From NCBI GenBank assembly GCA_013115125.1, contig JABANN010000010.1:124001-159379 (forward strand): DNA of 35,379 nucleotides. Direction: 5' to 3'. This document shows positions 1 to 10,800 of the stretch, piece by piece. The stretch comes from Perkinsus olseni. Its lineage: Eukaryota. How positions within the stretch are numbered: position 1 is the first letter of the stretch; every line of letters begins with the position of its first letter. Below the pieces are notes generated by a model. It ran no database searches, was not told where the DNA came from, and saw only the letters and a program-made list of their open reading frames with translations. Both the position numbers and the translations under genes were made by a program.

Positions 1-69
1 AGGGTCAAAAGCTCAGACACATTCACACTTGCAATGTGTTTGAAATAGTGACTGCTGAGAGCCGATAAA

Positions 70-146
70 TGCATCCACCGGGGATCGAACTTGGGACTCT
101 CGCATTCCAAAAACTCCCGCATTGCTATCCCAAGCGCCGCTGGTGC
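70..146 (-). pseudogene. Degenerate tRNA-like relic (possible pseudo-tRNA or SINE head)
   Basis: Minus strand reads GCACCAG...GAGAGTCCCAAGTTCGATCCCCGGTGGATGCA. It has a GTTCGATCC B-box/T-loop, a partly pairing T stem and ends that pair with a bulge (GCACCA/TGGATGC). The D and anticodon arms do not fold. Confidence 0.3.
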
Positions 147-219
147 AACTGCAAGGTAGAGAAGCCATATTCTCATTAACCGTTGTACGTAAAGAGCTAC
201 GAGCTTTGGTGTCCAACCC

Positions 220-1297
220 CTACAAATGACGACACTGAATATGAATCCATTTATGAGGAGTAAACCAATCTACGACTCCATGGCGGTGGCCAATTCCATC
301 CACGTCTATCGAGAGATGCGCGTCACCCGTCATTATGCTGCCTCTCCGGTCTATCGTGCGTAGTCCAGAAGCGCTCAACCGTTCCCGAACCACACATTCG
401 AGCCCCAATTCTTCTCTTGATAGACACAAAAACTCTCTTTGAATAGATACGACTCTGACTGCATGCTCGGAGTGGGGTAGTTCACTCCCCATGAGGTGAG
501 ACCTATCACAAACCCTCACTCTAATGTCGCCTTAGAATGTCCTCGTCCGGCTTCATCCAGTCCCGGACGAAGTAGTCATCGTAGCCGTTGTCGAAGTAAT
601 CATGGCGCATCAACGTTTTGTGCGGATAGCTATAGTTGGTGGCACTGAAAAAGACCTGAGACGGATGCGGCTTCTCAGTAGCTCTACCGAGCTCAACATG
701 AACCACATCCAGGCACCAAATCTGGCGCGGGTCACCTCACTTCCAGTTTATTGCTACGATTGATCGCATTCCCTAAGTCGCGCCACACATTACTTCACTG
801 TAAGTAAAAGAAGCAAACCAAACAGAGCGAAAACCCACTCTGCCTGTCGGGGCAGCGGCCATTTCCTCTCCTTCAAAATTAGTAGGTTTGACTCGAAGCA
901 TGTATCTGAATACCTCTGCAGTAGGTGCTTGCCACACCATAGCCCATTCTCTGAGCCTTCAACGGTACAGCAATGAATGTCGACGTAAAGTGCAGCCATC
1001 CCGAGGTACACTGAGACTAATTGCTACTCTGTGACCCCACTTGTGCTGCTCCAATGGAGGAGGGCAAATCTTGTGAAACTGCACCCAGGACGCAGGTCTA
1101 TCTTCAAGCTCGTTCTTGAATATGAACTCGCTGTGCGGATGCTTGACAGGATCAATCCGAGGCAATCGATGGGACCTACCAGGATCACCCAGTGGGCAGC
1201 ACGGACACTTACATTCACTGCATACCCTAGCGACATCTCTCCTATAGAATTGCGATGCTGGTACTCAGCGATAGAAAGTTCTTCCGCGAAGGCTTAG
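220..1297 (-). pseudogene. Multi-exon hypothetical gene or pseudogene; exon structure uncertain
   Basis: Protein-like segments (SHRLPRIDPVKHPHSEFIFKNELEDRPASW; HDYFDNGYDDYFVRDWMKPDEDILRRH) are flanked by GT/AG sites. An in-frame TAG at 521-523 lies just before a 61-nt GT-AG intron (459-519). Confidence 0.3.
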
Positions 1298-1894
1298 ACA
1301 GCGATCATTCAACGGCATTCATAATAGTAATGCGCCGGATCGTCACTGTCGAAAATTAACTGATTTGGTTCTCGCTCTGTTATAGAGTCATTCTTGCTAG
1401 CCTACTTCACCAAACAACGCTGGGACAATGAAGAGTAGATGGTAGCGCACGAAAGGAAAGCATCACGATAACCCCGGGCATGCGTCTTCGTACATGCCTC
1501 CGAGAGCGTCCAAACCAGTGTGGGGTTTGGGAACTTTGTAGTAAGCGTCCCAGAGTGCCTTGCGATACGCTTGATCGAGGAAGCTCAGCAACCGTAGCTA
1601 CTTTAGGATGCGACGAGTGTGAAGGAGTGAGATCGATCAGCTGCACGTGGAGCCTAGTGTACCTCGCAAAAACAAAACTCGTTTAGTGCATACAGGCGAT
1701 TCATGCTTGATTCGTTCGTTCATCGTCCTTCCAAGCTCAGTCAACGAGTTCCGGCAACCAGAAAGAGACGTGCTACCACCCACAAGGCGTGAAAGCCAAT
1801 AGCCACACATCAATTACCCTCCGCTGCGCCTCGTTCGACCGATTAAGCCACGAATCACCCGTGAAGCTCTCGTCGGCATCGTATTAGTTCAAGC

Positions 1895-3853
1895 ATGGCG
1901 GCTGAACAGAGCTCACCCAAGCCACTTAGGATCCCGGGCGATCACAGTGGGATGCATCCAACCCTTGGTCGCCCACTGGTCATGGTCTCCACGGCAAACC
2001 CAGTGCTTCTCGAACCACGGCAGCGACAAATTTGGACAAGATATACCTTCCTGAGAAGAGGCACCATCACCTTTGCTTCCCGTGGCTGACGATACTTCGT
2101 AGATTGGTCTAGCTATATGGATGCCATGCTTCAATCCGACGAAGGAAGTCAAAGGTATCAAAGATTCGTGGAGATTCATGGATTAACGAAGCAGCGCCAA
2201 AAGTGATCGCGCGCAGGGCGAGCGCTGTATACGGCGTAACTACCATGTGAAACGCTTGGCTGCCATGATACTACGCGATCCACCGCCCTGTGGACCTCAT
2301 CTGAATTAGCATGGGTCGAATAAGGAGTCCTCGACATTTATGTATTGAGTTTGCTTCCTTTTCGCCGATCGGAACCAACGTCGATGCCTCACCACCACGG
2401 GAGAGCCCGGTACTACTACAGCAGCCGTCACAACGAGCGGGCGTACTATCGGAATGAGCTTGAAGATGGCGATCCATCTTACAGAAAGACCCTGCGGGGT
2501 CATCAGCACCAAGCGGACACACCAGCTACGGTTGGTGAGTTGGCAGTCGAGGTGTTTCCCCCTACTGCGGCATGCCTCAGCTTCGGAAAAAGCCGGACGA
2601 ACGCCTGCGAACACTATCAAGGCTGTGGACCGTTTGGACTCCAACTGCAGTACCTTCCCAAGCGAACTCTCCGAATCTTCTGCTGATGAAGGACAACGCG
2701 GGGCCTCCGTACTGAGTTACGAGTCGCCGGAAACAACGGGCCACACACATTCCGTAGGGTCGAGGGCAGCAGGTGATTGCCTGTTTGAAGAGCTGTTGCG
2801 TTCCTCAGTTGCAGGAGCACTCATCGCTCACCTCGACCTCTGCAAGGATAGACAAACTCGAGGTGAGGTGTCTCCCTCGATGGCTCTCGCAGAAATACCA
2901 ATCTCAGTTTTCTCGTATCGTAATCTTTGAAGTCTCAGGCCGCGATATGTCGGATGCAGGATTCCATCGACCGCAGCAGACAGGACTCCGCCTGTCCTGA
3001 CGCCTCGGTGAGCAGTAGAGCGCCGATGGTGCTGGTCAGCTCCGCGTTTCAGGTCACAGTCACGAATGAATTAAATGCGAGATTGGTGAGCCAAAGGGCT
3101 GTGTAAAGCTTTGTCAACCGACTCTTTCAGTTGCAACTCGAAAGAAACGTCGTCGATACACTCAAGGATGCAACGGCAACGGGTAACTGTGCAGGGCATT
3201 GGCCATGCTTTAATTCACCCTCGGCCTCAGTGATTAGCGAGGTGACCGAAGATTTGCAAGACTTCACCTATAAGCTGGCACAGAATCAAATAGACCTCAT
3301 GAGTGAAATGGTGAGCGCCACAAATTTGTGCAGAGCTTATGGGTGGTCTGTCAGCTCCGACAGACGCTCGCCCAAGCGGTCGCAATTGTCTCATCCAATA
3401 CTCCCCACCCGCCACTCGGCAGCGAAGAGCCGGCACTCCGCAAGTGAGACGGATATCATCCTTGGATGTCTGGCATGTTCTCAATACATCAGATCCTCGC
3501 TACCCTGTGAACGACTCGGTGGTATAATACCGCCGAAAGGCCCACCACCGGCTCCCCCTTCGCCACCTATGAACCGCTCATATCCGACTACCTCTCCTGT
3601 GAGTGTGTGCCATGCTAGTCTTGAGAGGCTATTGAAGTCTGCCCGGTGGTCCGTTATCCCCTCGCACGTCATCTATAGGCCCCCCAGTTCCCAAGCATAT
3701 GCCTCCCGCCTAGGGTGGGCTCAGGCTTCTCACCAGCTGCTCCCAGGATCCGAGTTGGAAAGCCGATGCCAGGTCAGACCACGTCTGTCCTCCTTCACTG
3801 AAGGAGGAGTTCCTAGAGCTTCCGTGTATCTCTGGGTTGCCTCGCCAGCTTAG
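1895..3853 (+). CDS. Spliced hypothetical protein with a helical core and Pro-rich C-terminus; start and last exon uncertain
   Basis: A run of phase-compatible exons separated by short GT-AG introns: LQEHSSLTSTSARIDKLE | AAICRMQDSIDRSRQDSACPDAS | VTVTNELNARL | LQLERNVVDTLKDATAT | ISEVTEDLQDFTYKLAQNQIDLMSEM | LRQTLAQAVAIVSS... | ...PPKGPPPAPPSPP. Confidence 0.6.
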
Positions 3854-4020
3854 TCCGTATCCTCGGTTTCCGCGATGCAGGTGATAGCCCGCGCATGGCG
3901 TCCAGTTCCTCCGAGGCACGGAGGCTAGTTGGCATCATTAATGCAACAAGTTTGAAGTCAGCACTCGTTAATAATAACCACACGGGTATCGTTGCGAGTA
4001 AGATCTCGAGTTCTCTCGCT

Positions 4021-4626
4021 ATGGTCGCTACAGGTCTGAATAATTAGGTACGAGCAATACGAGCGGGACTGGAAAGTCATCCGTCACGTGGGAGTATACT
4101 CGCGACGAGCAAGCACGCTGCGGAGGTCTCACTCGTGAGCTTCCCGACTGGCAGGTTGCTGTTTGCCTCTGCTTCCCCTATAGGTGAAGATATACGAGAT
4201 TTCTTCAACTGCGGTATCGCCGGTTGTGCATCTGTCAATTCTTTCAACGTCGGTGAGTGAGCTTGGATGGGCTCCACCGGAGCGCTTGTCATCCTTCGTC
4301 GGTGTCAGTAATCGATTGCGACATCCTAGCCGAGGCCGGAGTCAACTACTCAAGCCATGTCTTCGATATAAGTATGGGCCTCGGGGGTATACCTCATCCG
4401 ACATTTCGCTTGTCGTCTCAGTTTCCATTCTAGAGGCCTTTATCGCCGCTAAAAAAACTGGCGAATATTTCGACGTAGCTCGACAGTGGGGGTACGTCCT
4501 TCGGAATATCACGGCTGGTATATCGCGCGTGGCCGACCCCTTGGATAACCATCTCTGAAGTTGACTCAACTGCTGTACGTACTCACGGGGTATGCGAATT
4601 ATTTCGCATCGCTCCGTCGTTTGTAA
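4021..4626 (+). CDS. Small spliced hypothetical protein; both ends approximate
   Basis: Exon-like segments separated by short GT-AG introns: EDIRDFFNCGIAGCASVNSFNV | IDCDILAEAGVNYSSHVFDI | SILEAFIAAKKTGEYFDVARQWG. Confidence 0.4.
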
Positions 4627-4856
4627 TGGGTAGTGTTTTCGGTACTCATTATTGCAAGCCGGTAATTCATACTTTGGTATTGTTTCTCTTGTGAGTGAAA
4701 GTTGAGTTGTACTAAGCCAGAAAAGAGTATCTTAGTATTGACTAACTAATTGCCGTCCGACCCTACATATCAACCACGATGGTTAGATCACTAACTTATA
4801 CTGTTCAAACGAGAAGTCCCGAGCGAGCAGAAACAAAGCGTAGCGAACTCTGCGTT

Positions 4857-7800
4857 TCACTTCTGATGGTCGACGGTGGTTGCAAGGACATTCTTGATGA
4901 GCTGCGGCAACTTGGGCAAATCAGTGGCCACTGTCGCTTTCCCTGAGCATTGGTTATGCAGGGCCATTGGTGAATGGCGCGATGAGGCCGATGCTCCCAC
5001 CTTTGGGAATGGAACGACACAGGACCTCAGCTTGATTGTCAAAGGATGCTATGAAGAAAACATGCGCGCAGACTTGGTCGGCCGCCCTGTTCAGCACCGT
5101 GTCGAGTTGCTTCGGATGAATACCATACCTAAAGCGAAAAACTGAGCTTAGGCTCGAACTCGTGAACGGAAGCACCTATCCAAGTTTGCGTCGCTGAAGG
5201 CCATGACTAGCTTCTCGTCGGCTGGGCCGGCGCCAACAAGTCGATCGGTGGCGATTTGGATCGCCTCCAAGGTAGAATCACCAGCACTGCAGTACTGGGC
5301 ATGTGCACACATTTCCTGACAACAGCATGACGAGCACAGACGAGCGAACAATTCTTACTTGGACGACTCGATATTTTTCTTTCTCGTCTCTCGGAGGGTT
5401 ACCGAAGTTAACTAGTTTTATGGATGAGCCGTCACCGCTGTGGCCTCGAATCTCATAAATGAACCGTTCCTCGAAGCCCTGCATCGCTTCCATCAGCAGG
5501 ACCGCGATCTCCGTCATGCGTTTCAGTCGACCGTCAACTCCATTGAACCGATACCTACCAGCGTGCGCTTCCCGAGCTTGGCTGGTTCTGGCAACGTAAT
5601 CACGACAGAACCGGTAAAGCTCTCTAATAAACCGTCTAATACTCACTTCACATCCGCTTGCGCATAATGCCCACAAGGACTGAGCACATGGTGGAAGCCT
5701 AATTAAGCCGGTATGGACGTGTCACTACGTACAAACTCACATACACGACGGAACCGACCGGACACAGACGTGCGCTGTCGCATAAGCCATTCCAGGCGTG
5801 ATATGACCGACTGCAGATCAAAAGAGCGCGCGATGTGACAAGCGATTCATTTGAGACGAACCAATGTAGCAGCGGGAGTAGCGACGCCCACTCAATCTCA
5901 CATGCTCGCACTAACGTCAAGGACTATCGACAAGTGTTTGGGCAGGACCTGGGGCTCGCCAGCTTTAGGCTCTTGTAGAGCTCTACGACGGTAGACTCGC
6001 CTATCACCGGCAAGGGCGTCCACCAGCCTGCAACCACTTCGCGCCGTGCGACGGAGTAGACGGACCAGCAGATGCCGGCTACTCACTTGTTCTCGTCTAA
6101 TTCTCCTTCGCTGCTTGGCAGCCACATTCTTTCCCTCAGCCTGCTATCTGTAGTATGCAGCACTCGCCGGAGTTGGCCAATCTCATCAGATACGTTGTTA
6201 GCCTGCAAAGCATCTGCGGGACTCTCGTAGAGCCCTCCAGCCCTCTTCACCAGCTCCTTGTATCGCTGCCAGTCGGACGCGGACATTCTGATCTCCTCTA
6301 ACCTCTTCCGTAGGGCCTCTTGACCCATCTTTCTTGCTGCTTCAGCCGCCTCAGGAGATATCGACGACTTCACTTCGTCACTCACCTACGCACTGCCGTA
6401 AAAACCGAAATACCAGTCGGACGATACCTGATGCACCGGATGCCCCTTGTCGAGTCTGTACGGCCCGCCCGCGCCTCCGAGGCCCGCAGTATCTGCCCCT
6501 CCTGTGCCGCCAGCGTAGGTGTTGCCACCAACATGAGGAGCATCATCTGCATAGGGTACATTAACGCGGCTCCCGATCGTGGCATGCTGGCATTCACCTT
6601 CTTTGCCATGCTTGGGCTGTCCACTAGCCGTCTTGTGTTCTTCTCTGGTAGGCAGACTCCTCAGCTGTCGGTACTCCCTCTCAGCGACTTCAAGTTGCCC
6701 TCGCATGATCTGCATGGCACAGCTCCACACAGAAACGGACTCAGGCGCGGCTACCTCCATTATATCAATCCATCCATCGGTGTACAGTATCGCTAACTGG
6801 TGCCCCTCCTTGATCTCTGTTATGCATTGCACATCGCATTCCCGCAAGGGTACACGACGGACCTTCATGCAAGAACGTTGACGCTCAGGGTAAGTGCTGT
6901 AATCCTTAGGATTAAAATCAACTCACCGATGCCGGTTGGACCGTGTCAACGATCTCTAGCTCTCCGACTCTGTAATTCAGTATTGTGCCACAGCGTCCAG
7001 CGATCGAAGACATAGTGAATTCGCTGCGCGTGGGTCCACCTGGGCACTCCCAAATGCTGTCGTCATCTATCCGATAAAAATAAGCCAGGTTCGGGTCGAC
7101 ACCTTGGAATACCCCGTTCGAGGAGTCGTAGGTCACGGGAGCTACCGGAAATACCACGCTCGAGGCACCGCGCCCATCAAGCTGTATGCCGCGACCATCT
7201 TGGGTGGTCAGGACTACGACACCATCTCTGGAGGTGATGTTCGTGACCTTCTCAAGTGCCTTCGGGAATCTTGGGAGCAGCCTCACACGCACAGGATCAG
7301 CAGCAACTTGGACTGCGTACATTTCTCGACTGCCGATGAGCAAGAGATTGGATTGCTCATTGTCGGTGGTAACGGCGACGAAAAGATCCGGTTGGGGGGC
7401 AAAGAGGCGATGGACCACACCACGACTTGTGTTGGACTCGGGAATCTCCACGAGAAGACCCGCAGCCGGATGCCATACGAAGACTTTACGGTCCACCACC
7501 ATCAGCTGCGGTTTCGCTCTCGACCTCGCCTTTCGACCGTTCACAAACACTTCTGAGAGCGGCTCAACGGTGCGCATCCACCTCGCGGCACTGAGTCCAA
7601 GTGATCTGCTCGTGCAGTCCCACTTGTCCGTGCCGACACTGTAGAGTCGCATTCCGTCTGCCATCGAGTCACATAGAACGTGTATTCGCCCATTTAACTC
7701 AGCAATGTCTACCACATCCTCCCTCCGAGGGTATCTGAGCGTAGGCCCGGCGTACTTACGCTACTTTAATGTGGGTAGTTGGTTACTCTGCCAGAGGTAG

Positions 7801-10800
7801 TTTCAGAGAAGCCGCTCTCTCAGTGAAAGCACCGACAGATCGCGGTAACTCGAGGGATGCGAGCGAGCAATCGAGGGACGGCTCCATCACAATTGTTCGG
7901 CTCTCGACTTGGGTCCATGGACCTAGATCTAGTCTTCGCTCGACCACGAAGCTTCGGAGTTGGATGAGCGCGTAAATTTGGGAGCTCTTGCACTACCGGG
8001 CGGGGTTATCGGTTGTAGCCTGAGCTTCTCCATTGCGCCCACTCTGCGCAATTTCGGTAATAACTCAGCTTCCTGAAAGAATTACCAATATAACCAGCAG
8101 CCGATACTATGCCCCCCTTTGAATTTCCTGAGCATAACGTATTGCCCGATCTGGAGCCATCAAGTCTTATACCAGAGCCCAGTTCATCCATCGAATCTTA
8201 TTTCGCAATAACTCAGTTTTCGAGCGTAAACTCCATGCCGTTAGTAGGGTCATGATGTCTCGGGTACTCGATGAGCAGCTTGGCCCTTGAAGAGTCGTCT
8301 TGAAGAGAATCCCCGGCGTGGAGTGATCCCTCCTGCACTTGCAATATCCAGCACCCGAGACATGCTCGGAGTCCGATGAGCTCCACACGCTCTGCTTGTA
8401 GATACTGCTCGGTTTATTTGTACCGTACGTTTTGTTTACTAGCTATGTTTCACGTTTGGAGAAACTTCAGTCCGACCAAGAGCAGCGGCTCAGCGACAAA
8501 GAACCGCCATGAACAAGGACAACCACTTCTTCGGGTTTCCCTGGCCCCACATTTACCTGCAGCAACACAGCTGCCGAATCTATGATGCCATCGAGAATAG
8601 CCTTAGATGGGAAGCCGTGGCGCTCCAGGACTTTCCTGATGTGAGCCAAGGCCATATTGTCCCACCTGAGACAGATCGTCGAAGGGAACGAGCATGCTGG
8701 AGAGTCCCGCGATGTCCGTTGCCTTCTCAACGATTTTCTTCAGAAGCAGAAATTCGTGAGGGAGTACGCATTTGGCTAACTGCCTGGTAGTGCGGAGCAG
8801 CCGTCACGGTCAAACGGAAGTAAGCCTCGCAGCGGTTGTGAACTACTCAATCCGAGAACGGCTTATTGAACGCTCGCGGCATCTCGCTCAAGTACAAGCT
8901 CAAGCACGCAATCAAGCACCGAGGCCTGACGCGAAACGATAGACCAACAGGTGCTCCTGTGCACGGGGCCTCGGGATTCCTCTCGCCTAACCCACCTCTC
9001 AAATGCCAGCACACCCTGCAACGCCTCATCCGGTCTCCCAAAACGATTCATGTGCCTAGCATCGCAACGCCTAGTGATGTGCGAGCCTAGAGTAAGGACG
9101 AAATGAGTAGAAGAGGGAGCTTGTCAAGCTTAGTGGATAGCTAAGAAGCTGTCTTAGTGGCAGAAACGGTCTTTCATACTGCAACGTGCACTGCATATTG
9201 TGGGTGGGATCGTCGATCGAGGGAACTCAATGCAGCATCCAAAGACCGCCAGCAGCTCCGCAAAAGAGAACACCGAGTAATGGTGCTTGCTCACCGGGCA
9301 CTGGCCAGAAGCTCCCTGGTCGAAAAAGGATATGAAAGGATTCCGTCTGTTGTGAGTTTCCGTAGGTCGTCGAAAACCGATACCAGTCGAGACAGAACAC
9401 CTTTCGGAACCTGCAGGCTACATCAGAAGAAAAAGAATCGCATACTCTCAGCGGATGACGATACCTACCTCGGGAGCCACGGAGTTAACGAGAATGAGCT
9501 CCGAATTCACGTCGGGGTTCTCCAGAAGAAAGACGGAGAAAATATCACCACACTCTCGAAAAAAATCGTTGCCAAGGAAGGGGAAACCAGGTCTGTTGCT
9601 GAGGGCATCCGCCAGTCCCTAGAAGTAGAAACCCCCGAAATCTGCTCACCATAGAACTATACACTTGAAGTCGGGATGGATAGGAATGCCGCTGCTTCCA
9701 CCAAGACAGCGCCCATCGGGGAGGTTCAGGTAACCATCTTCGGTTAACGACTTGAGTAGAACGACAACCTCTAAAGGCGCTTTGTCTGCCTCATCCAATA
9801 CAATCCATCGACCTAAATGAGGGTACAAAGCGTTTCACAGTAGCCAACTGTGAGAGATCGAGATCACAACATTGTAGTCAACAGAAGCACGCTCACCCTC
9901 GACCGCGGCCATGACAAGCGGGGATTCCTTCCAGACGATAGCACCCTCTTGAAGCGTAGGTGTACACGTCAGAGAGTCCACGGTGCTATCGCGGTGGAGC
10001 TGCATGTAGTACCTGGGCAAAGCAGAATTGGGCCGTACCCTTCATAGCTACTTCTGTCTCAGGCTGTGAGCCTGCTTCTCCGCAAAGTCTAAGTGAGCGA
10101 TAATGCTCATATTCCACCTCGGCGCTCGAACTGCAAGTAATCGGGGAAGGCTCATGAAGTCTAGATTCGCCAACTGGTATCCATCGCCCGATTAGTTCAG
10201 CTGGATAGAATGTCTGCCTACGGAGCAGATGGTCGTAGGTTCGAATCCTGCATCGGGTACTTATCATATCAGACCTTTGCCTCAGCGTAATTGCCGTACT
10301 TCATGCTTCTGTTCGCTCTATTCACTATCTTAGCTAGTGCCAGGGCTAGCTCACTAGCACGCCGGCGTTTTGTGATGCTAAGCTAATGTGGGATTGGAGA
10401 TTACTCTAAGCCCTACCAACCGTATCGAATGGCTTACCGTTCGACACGCAATATCTCCATATAGTAATCGATGACCTTGTTCTTCCCAACCCCTTGAGGC
10501 CCAACTATAAGCAGGTTACGCTCTTCGTGCAGGAACCTTGGCTACTATCATTCGAGGGTTCACATAAGCATCAGCGAATAACCAAGGACTAACCTACAGA
10601 TCCCTATGTATTTCAGCCATAAAACGCTTATGCGCAGGAATGGGGACGAAGCTCTCCCTAACCTGGGGGATCTGAGACAGACCTCAGTGATACTCATACA
10701 GTACGTGCAAGCCGTTCTTACGAGCTCCGGGCGACTGTCCTCCGGCCTTCGTTCGAGGGTTCGTCCCTCTATGTCAGCAATGATCACTCGGTTTCCTCGA

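Noticed and set aside
4876..5145. Plus-strand 89-aa ORF as a gene
   Set aside because: It is the shadow of the last two VWA8 exons on the minus strand.
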